Shown here one piece after another: positions 29,883-39,476 of a stretch of 64,000 bases of DNA. The stretch spans positions 310,001 through 374,000 of the forward strand of contig CDRNVI010000043.1 of assembly GCA_977017575.1 (NCBI GenBank). Direction: 5' to 3'. This stretch comes from Paramoeba atlantica (taxonomy: Eukaryota > Protista > Discosea). The position numbers and the translations under genes are program-made. The notes beneath the pieces are model-generated. The model was not told where the DNA came from. It saw nothing but the letters and a program-made list of their open reading frames with translations, and did not search any database. Each line of letters opens with the position of its first letter. Position 1 is the stretch's first letter.

Positions 29883-31346
29883 CTAAACAAAGTATACACT
29901 CGAGAGTGCCTCTCCCAGGCCCACAGCCATGATTAAGGGGGGTGGGTTGTCTTCGTCATAAAATTGTTGGTGGATATTCTGCACCACATCTCGAATCTCT
30001 TTTTCCTCAGGTGCTCTCGGTCGGTAAAATAGTGACAAGGTTCTGCGGTTAAGATCAAGTTTATCACCCTTAGCAGGTTTAGCCACTTTAACGTCATCAT
30101 ACCACTGCGTGATGGCTCTCTCCTCCACATCCATAAGCAGCTGCAACTTCACCCCATGCTCCGTAAGCTGGTGCAACAGGTCACTTCCCGTCTCCGGCAC
30201 ATCCCCCACCATTTTAAGATTCCGTCCAAAAGCCTTTCCTTTCGCAAGTTTTAACTTCACCAACTCCGCACACGCCACCGCATCCTCCGCGGCGTCATGT
30301 CCCCTCACCATATCATTCTGAATCGTCCGGTGCAACAACGTCGCCACCAACATTTTCAACGAATGTACCTTTCGTCTCCCCCCCTCTCTCCCCCCCCCCT
30401 CTGGCTCCGCCGGAAACAGCTCCGTGAGCTCCACCACATTCCGATGCACCACCCGCAGCGCCTCCAGGTCGCACCCCACGTTATGCCCCACCACCGTGGT
30501 GTCGCGAAACAGCAGCGTGCGCAGCAGCGCCTCCTGGACCTCCCCCCGGCGCGTGCGCACCCCCGCCAGGGACTCCCGCGTGAGTCCGGTGAATTTGGTC
30601 AGGTAGTTCGTCACGGGGAACGGCGGGAGCACGAGCCTGTCGTAGACGACCTCGTGGGAGAAGACATCCACGAGCGTGACCCGGGCCAGCTCCGGGCCCT
30701 CGGTGGTCTGGACGGTGTCGCAGGTGATCGCGAGTGCGCTGTGGAGCTTGCGCGGGGTCGTGGGGGGGCGACTGCAGGTGGTGCGGTAGGAGGGGTCGGG
30801 GACGGTGAGACGGAGGCCGAGGGGGGAGAGCTGGGAGGGGGGGAGGGCGAGATCGCTGAGGGAACAGGTGAAACGGGTGTCGCGGCGTCGTTTTTTGGTG
30901 GAGTAGATCTCTTCCGGGATGTTGCCTTTGACGCGCTTGACCTCGGTGAAGAATTCCTCGCAGAAGAGGTGGACTTTGGATTCGCGTACGTGGTTGGTGA
31001 GTTTTAGACGGAAGTGATGGGAGGGGCAAATTCTGTCCTCGTAGGACATGCCCTCTTCGAGGAGCATCACGACGACTTGGGTTGGTTTTCCACAGGGAAA
31101 TGTCATCCATGTCGGAGACGTGCGTGGCTCCGAGAGCAGGGACTTAAACGTCACTTGACGTAGCATTTCGGTACTCAATACAACGGTAGGGGACAGCTTT
31201 AAGGCAAAGACATGGGACAACGAGGCGCTGCACTCGCACTTAATCTCCTCTTCGTCAGATTCGTCATTTGTAAGGCCATAGGCCATGTGATGCATATACG
31301 CTGTCATGCTGCGTCTGATTCTGAAAAGAAATTTTGTTATATTCAA
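29883..31346 (-). CDS. REXO1/Rex1-like DEDDh RNA exonuclease with altered ExoI motif
   Basis: AITCDTVQT.EGPELARVTLVD, NYLTKFTGLT, VGHNVGCDL.AL, SLK.L....L...IQ..GHDAAEDA.AC.ELV. Confidence 0.85.
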   Translation of the reverse strand: MNITKFLFRIRRSMTAYMHHMAYGLTNDESDEEEIKCECSASLSHVFALKLSPTVVLSTEMLRQVTFKSLLSEPRTSPTWMTFPCGKPTQVVVMLLEEGMSYEDRICPSHHFRLKLTNHVRESKVHLFCEEFFTEVKRVKGNIPEEIYSTKKRRRDTRFTCSLSDLALPPSQLSPLGLRLTVPDPSYRTTCSRPPTTPRKLHSALAITCDTVQTTEGPELARVTLVDVFSHEVVYDRLVLPPFPVTNYLTKFTGLTRESLAGVRTRRGEVQEALLRTLLFRDTTVVGHNVGCDLEALRVVHRNVVELTELFPAEPEGGGREGGRRKVHSLKMLVATLLHRTIQNDMVRGHDAAEDAVACAELVKLKLAKGKAFGRNLKMVGDVPETGSDLLHQLTEHGVKLQLLMDVEERAITQWYDDVKVAKPAKGDKLDLNRRTLSLFYRPRAPEEKEIRDVVQNIHQQFYDEDNPPPLIMAVGLGEALSSVYFV

Positions 31347-31633
31347 ATTTGTTTCTTTTCGTTAAAATTATCTGAATTAGATGTTAACTTAACATCGTTT
31401 AAATTAAAAGCAATAAGCCTATTTTGAGTGCATATTTTTTCGAAGCATCACGAATCGACATGCAAGGTCTCTTTTCTTTGTACAATGTACGTAAAACTAA
31501 CGGTTGTTCGTAATCTGAAAAGTAATCTCAAACGTGAACTATGGAGAGAGTTTCATGTTTTCGTATGTTTTGTGAGTGACGTTCGCAAGGAAAACTAGCT
31601 TTTTCGCTTCACCAATCCGATGTGCAACTAGCG

Positions 31634-33205
31634 TTAGAGGACATATTGCTCCTCCTCCAACACACCATCCTTAAACATCTTGCGCAACTGGACGGCCAGC
31701 TGACGACTGTGCTCGACTCCGAAGTATTCCAAGAATCCCAGAAGCTGCCGTCCCATGTCCAGCGTCACGCGTTTCGATACACGAGGATCGGACATTATTT
31801 GTCCTGCGGCTGCAAATACTGTCTGAATTACATTCTGAGGAAGGTACAGGCGAAGTACAATAATGCAATCAAGAAGGCTTAAAATCGGACCCAAATGGCG
31901 GAAAATACACTCGTTTAGTCGAGACGCAATTTTCTCAGCAAGCTGCCTCAACTTTTGTTTCTCAAGCTCTGTTTGTGCTGAAGTAATTGAGAGTTTCCGA
32001 TACATGGAACGCGCAGCCTGTAACGACGTAACAACCATGATTACATCCATGCGCTCACTCGTAGCAATTTTTTCGAGCAAACGTTCACACACCTCAGGAG
32101 TCAACACTCGCCATTTACGAAAAATCATACAAAGCGTGGCGCTCTCTTTAGCGTTGTATTCATGGACGTTCATCATAGCCCTGGTCGCTAAGTCAAAGAT
32201 CGGTTTAGGAAAAATATCATGTACCGTGTAACATTGAATGATACGCAATATCTGAGGCAATTCTAACTCATTTACAAGCTCACCGATGCGGCGCGACATG
32301 GCTTTCAAAAGAAGCCTTCGCAAATCAAGCGTTTCTTTCTGTGCATGTTCGAACGAACGAAAGAGCTTCGTTGACATGGAACGTATCATTCCCTTCTCCA
32401 GCTGAGTGTAAATCCCTCGTTCCAGCGCATACTCCAGCGCAGTCCACAGAGGTTTATGGTAATAGTCTGCGACGCAAACAAAAGTGCTAATGTAAATAAC
32501 GTCATCCTGAGCAAGTAGCCCATAGTTCATCCGCCGCACGTATTCGACACATAAAATTTTCATAATTTGTGAGTACAATGTAAGGGCTAACCAGTTATAT
32601 TGCTTGAATTGCACACAATAGTATAACGAGCGACGCAATTCTCCGATTGAAGCTGTCTCAACAAATCCGGGACGCAACATCAGCTGCAACATGCTCTCCA
32701 TGCCTTTGATACTCGACGAACGTAATTCACTCACAAAGCCTTCCATCGCTTCCTTTGAAAGCATTTGTATTTGTCCCATCTCCGGAGAGGCCCCAATAGC
32801 GGCACTCTTTCGTGCCAATTTTTTTTTGGCCTTCTTGTCTCCGTCTAACGCCTCAATTTGCACTCGCAGCTCTTCGTAGCGCATGGCGCTCTCTGAAAGC
32901 GTGTTGCAGAGGCCGGACAGTTCAGTGGTTGTCTCCGGAGTTGCACCCGGAAGTCGGACACCCGGAATGGATGTCACCGCGTCCTCATTCTCGATCACCG
33001 TGCGGCGCTGCATGATATAAGGCGGTGCATTGAACAGTGACGTGACGCGAGACGTTGATCCGAAGGACTGCAGCATACCTGCACAAAGCCGTGTAGGGGT
33101 CCCAATCTTACCATAACACCTCACCAGCAGTCGACACATTAAATAAAAGGAATGAGTACAAGTAAAGAAGCAGTTACACAAGTTCGTACAAATAAACCAA
33201 ATCAC
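31634..33205 (-). CDS. RESC10: RNA-editing substrate-binding complex subunit, most like RESC10 (MRB800)
   Basis: Matches my recollection of T. brucei RESC10: ELRRSLYY, DDVIYIST..V.ADYY..LW, KETLDLRR..LKAMSRRIG, QCYTVHD, EVCERLLEKI, GRQL..L.YFG. True start probably downstream of 33205. Confidence 0.72.
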   Translation of the reverse strand: MIWFICTNLCNCFFTCTHSFYLMCRLLVRCYGKIGTPTRLCAGMLQSFGSTSRVTSLFNAPPYIMQRRTVIENEDAVTSIPGVRLPGATPETTTELSGLCNTLSESAMRYEELRVQIEALDGDKKAKKKLARKSAAIGASPEMGQIQMLSKEAMEGFVSELRSSSIKGMESMLQLMLRPGFVETASIGELRRSLYYCVQFKQYNWLALTLYSQIMKILCVEYVRRMNYGLLAQDDVIYISTFVCVADYYHKPLWTALEYALERGIYTQLEKGMIRSMSTKLFRSFEHAQKETLDLRRLLLKAMSRRIGELVNELELPQILRIIQCYTVHDIFPKPIFDLATRAMMNVHEYNAKESATLCMIFRKWRVLTPEVCERLLEKIATSERMDVIMVVTSLQAARSMYRKLSITSAQTELEKQKLRQLAEKIASRLNECIFRHLGPILSLLDCIIVLRLYLPQNVIQTVFAAAGQIMSDPRVSKRVTLDMGRQLLGFLEYFGVEHSRQLAVQLRKMFKDGVLEEEQYVL

Positions 33206-33341
33206 GAGAAGAAAACGGATTCTATAACTTTAGGGAAACATGTAAAAGAGGTCAAAGACATTATCGCTATAAAGTGCATACTAATCTGGGCAAGAATCTC
33301 CGCTCCAAACTGGATGCATGCACTAAAAAGCCAGTGAAACT

Positions 33342-35027
33342 TTATGAAGGAACGTCGTACAGATGATCAAAATTGAAAGCAAAATCATCATCTGCCATGA
33401 TATCGTCGTTTGCCTCATCGACCGGGCCTTGGAAAGGGTTTCGAAAGGACAGTCCGAATACACCCTTTCTATACTGACTCATAGCTTTTCGGTCGTCCTC
33501 ATTGATTTCGGCGGGCAAATCATTTCCCTGCTCTTGCTCGAGAGATGACACCTGAGGTGATACCTGAGACTTAAAAAGTCCCTCCCCGTGTAAGCTGCCC
33601 ATTGGTAAGAAACCCATCCCGAGTCGCATTGCAGGTAAGGGTGAGTGAGGTGCATTGGGACCGAAACCTTCGGTCTCGATGGGCATTGTCGCGCTCACAT
33701 GCGACGGAGACAATGAGCACATCGACTTCCCTGCGGAATCGCTCAGGTGTTCTGTACAAGGAACCATCGATCCCCTACCGCACAACAAATGACCTTTATC
33801 CGTAAGCGGTGTACTTAGTTTCGCGTGCTTGAGCGGAGGACTCACCTGAGAGACCGCAGGGCTGGGTCGATCATAGACTGGCCCTTCAGGCGATTCCGGT
33901 GGAATATGCTGTGTGGCAGACACGTGACTTCTTCCCGACCTCTCAACCGCCTCCCCCGGCTCCGTTTGACTTCTCCCCACATTTCTTCTCACGCCTACCT
34001 CCTCCGTTGCCACGCCCCCCCTTCCCGCCTTCTCCCCTTGCGCTCCTGCTTGCGACCCCACATACACCGACGGCACCCCACTACCCTGCACCCCCCCCTC
34101 CTCCCCCTCCCGCCTCATCTCCACCTCATCATACGACGCCACAAGACTCGCAATCCGACACACCGGGACCCCCACGGGTCCAATTGCACTCTCCAACGAC
34201 ACCGGACTCGACCCCGGACCACACGCCAGGCTCATACGCCCCCCGAACGCGGTCACCAGGTCACAGAACGGACGCAGCCCGCGGGCCTCAAACACCTTGG
34301 TAAACGGACGACACCCTCTATGGCTCTCACGACTATCCCTACCACTCCTACCGCCCGGGTCCTCTCCCCCCAGACGGTACCCCTCGAGGCAGCGAATATC
34401 CAACGAGACAAAGCTGTTGGCCCCCGCTGCTGCGGGTTGGGCACTCACAGAGCCCCGCCCTACGGCAGCGCTCGCCCTGAAGTGGACCCGGGCGTGCAGC
34501 GGGGTGAAGCTCAGCCGGGTCGCCCCGGGGGGCAACACATGGAGCAGATCGCTGAGCTGCCGGCCCCGGCAGGTGAGCTGGCAGTCCGCGTGCTTGGGGT
34601 CAATGGGGCGCTCCGGGGTACAGCGCTGGGTGGAGAGCGTGTAGGCCCGGGTAAGGGCTTTGGTACAGTGGATGCGGAGCTCAAGGGTACTGTTGGGGGA
34701 GAAACGGAAGGTGGCCTCGGTGAGGGGGGCGACGAGGGTGGGGCGTAGGGCGATGAGGAGAGGACGGGTGGTGGTGCGGAAGGCAAGGGGAGGCCCGGGG
34801 CGGGGAAGGGCACGGTTGTCGTCGGACAGAGATTGATACTGGAGGAAGAGACCGTTGGTGGAGGGGAGGGTGACGGCGAGGTGGACACATTTGGTAGAGG
34901 AGGTAAACAGGAGAGACGCGGCGTGGGCTTCGAACTCGAAAACGGTCTCGTCGGAGATTCGTGAACCGGCGCTAAGGATTTTCCAGAAGACCCGGGCGGA
35001 GGAGGCGTTGAGAATAAAGTCTGCCAT
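33342..35027 (-). CDS. RAD9: Rad9 (9-1-1 checkpoint clamp subunit) with long disordered tail
   Basis: [20 protein letters not shown] resembles [42 protein letters not shown] resembles [22 protein letters not shown]. Confidence 0.75.
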   Translation of the reverse strand: [561 protein letters not shown]

Positions 35028-35225
35028 TTAACAAGCCGTGTGACAATGCGTATTAAAGCCCCATTTGGATGCCTCCACTGGTGTTGGACGATTCCGTAGC
35101 TCGGTGGCTTATAATGTCATTGCGTAAGAACATTTCAAAAAAAAAATCATCGCACGTCAATTTCTAGGATAAGACACTGCATACTACTTCTGTACTTATC
35201 ACATTACAATTACCAAGACATTCTA

Positions 35226-36582
35226 AACCCCTGGCCATTATAACCCCTGGCCACCAATAAGGCACCCCCCCGTATTTTTTGCATGAGGGGGTATGATAGG
35301 GTTATCATACCATGTTTTCGTTCAAAATTTTGAGATCTGTACGTTCCCGCTGTTTTTAGCTCATGAAAAATAAAAAAATATTTTACCACTTTAACATTAG
35401 GGTCGATTTATGAAAAAATCATTCCGCAGGCCTCCGAAAGGTGGCCTCAGCCCCCTGGGGAAGGAACTCATGCTTTTAAGGTTTCAAGATGGCATCCCAA
35501 AGAAACGAATAGCATGTGAATTGAATGTAAGCGTGAAATACATTCGAAAATACCTCCGTGATCACCCCAAAATTGAGACGAAAAAAAGCCTAAAGAAATC
35601 CCCACAGAAAAAAAAAAAATCTCGTAAAAAAAGGATTGAAACCATTATTTCTAAGAAAGATGCGGCAGGGGTGCCAAAGTACAGTTCAAAGCGTATTTCT
35701 GTTGTTTTGTGCAGAAAGGGTGTTACTGCAAGCCCTCGAACTGTTCGTCGAGATTTGAGGCAAGCAGGGCATCAATATAGGCCACGCCCAATTTCACAAG
35801 GGCTCACCGCTGTACAAAAAGAAAAACGCGTACAGTTTTCTTTGAATTACAAAGAGGACATATCGAAATTGATATTCTCAGATGAGAAGGCGTTTGATAC
35901 AAACGATAATCGAATGAAAATGTGGGTAAGAAAAGGAGAGACCCCTGCAAAGAGACTAAAGGTGCGCTGGGCGCCTAAGTGTCAGGTGTGGGGTGCTATA
36001 GGAATTAACTGGAGATGCTTAAAAATTTTATCCAGCAGGACCTCTATTACCCACGAAACATACATAGACACACTAAAACATGTTTATTTCCCCCGCAAAA
36101 GAATATTTCAACAAGATGGTGCCACCGCTCATACGGCCAAGGCCACCATAAATTACTGAACAAACGAAAAATTAATCTACTAAAAAATTGGCCCCCAAAT
36201 TCTCCCGATCTTTCTCCCATTGAAAACATATGGTCAATGGTACAACAAGACGTAAATGAAAAGCTACCATCTACAGTTTCCGAACTGCAAAGGTGTATTC
36301 TAAACACATGGAGTTCTTTACCGACTGAGATGATAAACGATACCATCTTAAGTTTCGATCGTAGACTGAAGGCCTGCGTCGAACTAGGTGGCGAAAAGGT
36401 AAAAACGTGGTAAATAGTTTCCACTTTATAAATAGCTATAGGACTAGTGACCAAGTGTGGGAGGACATAAATCCCGAACTGAGATCTGCAAAATGCCATT
36501 GAAATTAGCTCAAACAAACAAAGCATCAAATTTTTAGAGGGGGGTGCCTTATTTTGGCCAGGGGTTATAATGGCCAGGGGTT
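35226..36582 (+). mobile_element. Tc1-family DNA transposon, 1357 bp
   Basis: About 45-bp near-perfect TIRs AACCCCTGGCCATTATAACCCCTGGCCA..AATAAGGCACCCCCC with an internal direct repeat; TA at 35224-25 and 36583-84. Confidence 0.93.
35410..36413 (+). pseudogene. Tc1 DDE transposase with one frameshift near 36150
   Basis: HTH domains, FSDEK (D), VWGAI, FQQDGA.AH (D), then after a frameshift WPPNSPDLSPIENIW (E). Spacing is D35E if one base is restored. Confidence 0.92.
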
Positions 36583-36736
36583 TATAATGCTTCTGTACTT
36601 GTCACAATACAGTATTATGATAAGCACATACAGTAGAAAAAACATGATTCCTTGTGCCAGTGTTGCCTATTAGCTGGATCACACAACTTGGCGAAAATCA
36701 GTGCGGTCGCCGGTATTTACGTGCTTAGCTACGTAG

Positions 36737-37345
36737 TTACCTATCGGGATTCTCTATCTCTATTAAGGATGGTTCTGTTTGCATTGTTAAACCTTCGGAA
36801 TCGGCACAAAGTCCGCGCACGATACGATCGAGTCGTCTTTCTTGAGTATGTTTTTCAAAATCGACGTTTTCTATCTCGAAAGCTTTGTTGGGTATTTCTA
36901 TTTGTTTTTTCGATACACCGTTATCGAGATTTTGTTCCAATGCATATGCGAATTCGTATTCATTGTCGGAAGATGAACTGTTTTGAGACCCGCCATTTGA
37001 TGAACTATCTGACACATTGTCGTCGATTTCCAGAATGCCTAATATTAGATTCATTTCTACTGTAGCAGAGGATATCTCTTCCGGTATTTCTGTTTCAGTG
37101 TTTCTACGTTTTTCATGTGAATTCTTAACCTGCGGACTAAAACGAGAAAAAGTCTTCTCCCCGTCTTCCGAACGAGTTCGTTTATTGCACTGGATGATGT
37201 CCGGATCTATGCAGGAACTTGTTTCGAATGACTTAGTTTCATCAAGCAGGACTTGAGCCTTTTCACGAAGAGATCGTAACCCCAACGCCCCGTCTGAGTA
37301 GTTTGAACTGCTAGAGGCGCGTGCGTCCCATTCCTTTGTTGACAT
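36737..37345 (-). CDS. Hypothetical acidic, Ser-rich protein
   Basis: 202-aa ORF on the coding strand. Confidence 0.55.
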   Translation of the reverse strand: MSTKEWDARASSSSNYSDGALGLRSLREKAQVLLDETKSFETSSCIDPDIIQCNKRTRSEDGEKTFSRFSPQVKNSHEKRRNTETEIPEEISSATVEMNLILGILEIDDNVSDSSSNGGSQNSSSSDNEYEFAYALEQNLDNGVSKKQIEIPNKAFEIENVDFEKHTQERRLDRIVRGLCADSEGLTMQTEPSLIEIENPDR

Positions 37346-37595
37346 GCTAAGGATAAAACAGTGATTGTATCTGAAATATGGTATGTTAATAGAGAGCGCA
37401 TCTATCTAAAATATAGTCTACAAGTATTTTCAACGCACCGTTTATCCAAGTACAGTTACTTTCCAAGTAAACCTTCTTTCAAGTACAGTTATTAAAACAT
37501 TCCCCCTTCTGAGGATTTCACCCTACCAATCATGAATATCACGATATCAGTGAGTAGGAAAAAAGCGAAACGAAGCACACTCATGTTTTTGACTG

Positions 37596-38198
37596 TCAAG
37601 AGTGCTCTCTACGCTTTTTCACGTAATCAAGTACAAGAGAAATATCCCGCAATCCGAACAATCCACCAATTATAGTGTTTTCGAACACGTACTGATTGTT
37701 GATCAATTCACCTTCTTTTTCATGTTCTGCAACACTCAGTTCTTCCTTCGTGACTCGAATGGCGTTAGCTATGGCTTTAGGCCCCACGAGAAGATTAAGG
37801 TGCCTAGAGATTTGAGAAAATTCAGTAGGAGATTCCAACTTTAGTGCCGTTCGATCGCAATGTCGAAACATGCTACGAAGGACCTCACCCAAAAAAGCGA
37901 AACGTTCAAAACTGGGTTCAGAATAACATTGGTTCCAAAAGGGTAGAGCTTCATGCATTTCAACATCAGTTAAAACATTTCTGAGATATGGATGCAACAT
38001 CTGGACTATATACTGTGCACGTCGATCAAGACCCACTTTAGAATTTGGTGTGGTTCTTAAAGTAGAACTAGGATGCAACAAGTCTTGTATGGACCCCAAA
38101 TTATCAAGCAATTGCAAGAAGGTTCTCCTACGGTAGCTCATCGCGAAGCTGTTGGTAATATGAAAAAGAGCATTGAGATCAGAAGTCTTCCATTTCAA
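37596..38198 (-). CDS. Degenerate RNase III-like protein
   Basis: ERFAFLGEVL resembles ERLEFLGD; VFENTIIGGLF resembles DxxEAxxGAxy. Catalytic acids are altered. Confidence 0.45.
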   Translation of the reverse strand: MKWKTSDLNALFHITNSFAMSYRRRTFLQLLDNLGSIQDLLHPSSTLRTTPNSKVGLDRRAQYIVQMLHPYLRNVLTDVEMHEALPFWNQCYSEPSFERFAFLGEVLRSMFRHCDRTALKLESPTEFSQISRHLNLLVGPKAIANAIRVTKEELSVAEHEKEGELINNQYVFENTIIGGLFGLRDISLVLDYVKKRREHS

Positions 38199-38313
38199 AT
38201 AAAATTACAACAAAAAAAATATATAATTTGAATGAGGAGGGTCATACTGATGAGATACATCGTAGGAGCATCGCATAAATACTACACTATTAAAAGATAA
38301 CTCATCATTTCAA

Positions 38314-38889
38314 TTAGATTTTCCTACTCGAAATGCCAATTTTCCATGAATGAGGAGTCAGTGGAAAAATGCCTCTCTGAATCCCTCTAGACTTAAGTTT
38401 GCGATCCGCAGTAACAATAAATAAAGGGTGCCTGTTCTCTTTTTTTAAATGCAGAGCACAAGAAAGTATCCTATCATCTCCTTCTTCTTTGCTCATACCA
38501 GTTGATGCAATAGCTCGTGATTCAAAACTAAAATCCAATAAAAACCAATCGAGCTCCGAGAGATTTTGCATTGCACTTTTCCATAATATTGGCTCGGGGC
38601 GTAATGAAGCATAAGCCTCTATTAGAGTGGTAGTAGGGAAAAATAGCTTTGTTGTTCTATTACTGGATGAAATAAAGCAACTCTTGATGTCGTAGCTAAG
38701 AGAGGAAGTATCTGCAACATAAATAGACCCGCTTGACAGAAACCCCGGTTCGTCAACGCGGCTAATACAGCTTTCCGGCATATTAAGCTCTAATTTTTCG
38801 AGCAGCTGTGCCCGACGAGTAAGTACAGATAGCTTCATGGAGCGGTTCCAGAATATTTGTAGTTCCGAAAGCAGCTTTTTCGAAAGCAT
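38314..38889 (-). CDS. PIN-domain nuclease (Swt1/SMG6-like)
   Basis: YVADTSS, GDDRILSCAL, FIVTADRKLKSRGIQRGI. Confidence 0.7.
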   Translation of the reverse strand: MLSKKLLSELQIFWNRSMKLSVLTRRAQLLEKLELNMPESCISRVDEPGFLSSGSIYVADTSSLSYDIKSCFISSSNRTTKLFFPTTTLIEAYASLRPEPILWKSAMQNLSELDWFLLDFSFESRAIASTGMSKEEGDDRILSCALHLKKENRHPLFIVTADRKLKSRGIQRGIFPLTPHSWKIGISSRKI

Positions 38890-39476
38890 GTACTAAAGCA
38901 GATGTAGTAAACCTTTAGAAAGAAAGGTCAACAAGTTGTTTCTAATAATCCGCTTCAAAGTTTTGTAAAGAATTATTGAACAAAGAGTTCTCCTACTAAA
39001 AGACATGTAAAACTGCAAAAGACATGTAAAGTTAAGGTAGAAAGCGTTGTTTGTAGAAGCGTTGATTCTTTAGTGGCAACAATACATGCATGGATAATTA
39101 AATAGTTATAGAATAACTCCACTATTTACCGCAATGCTAAAATATTAAAGCACATTACATAATGTGTATACTGCGCTCAGAAAATATAAAAAAACATTCA
39201 ATCTAACGACAATCATATCTTCGAAAAATAAGAATAGCGCTCTTCGCGAAATAGACACCTGTAGTTGTGGAAGAAAACATCAATTACAACAATAATATCT
39301 AAAGGAATAAATGTATACTTAATTTATCTTTTGGAAGTACGAAAAAACATTCTTCACAATTGCATATTGAAGAATCACACAAGCATTTGCTTCAATAGCT
39401 TGTGCGATGACCGGTTGTTCAAAGCGCCTCGCTATTCTTACAAAAGAATTGTTCTTATTATTCTTACAAAAACATG

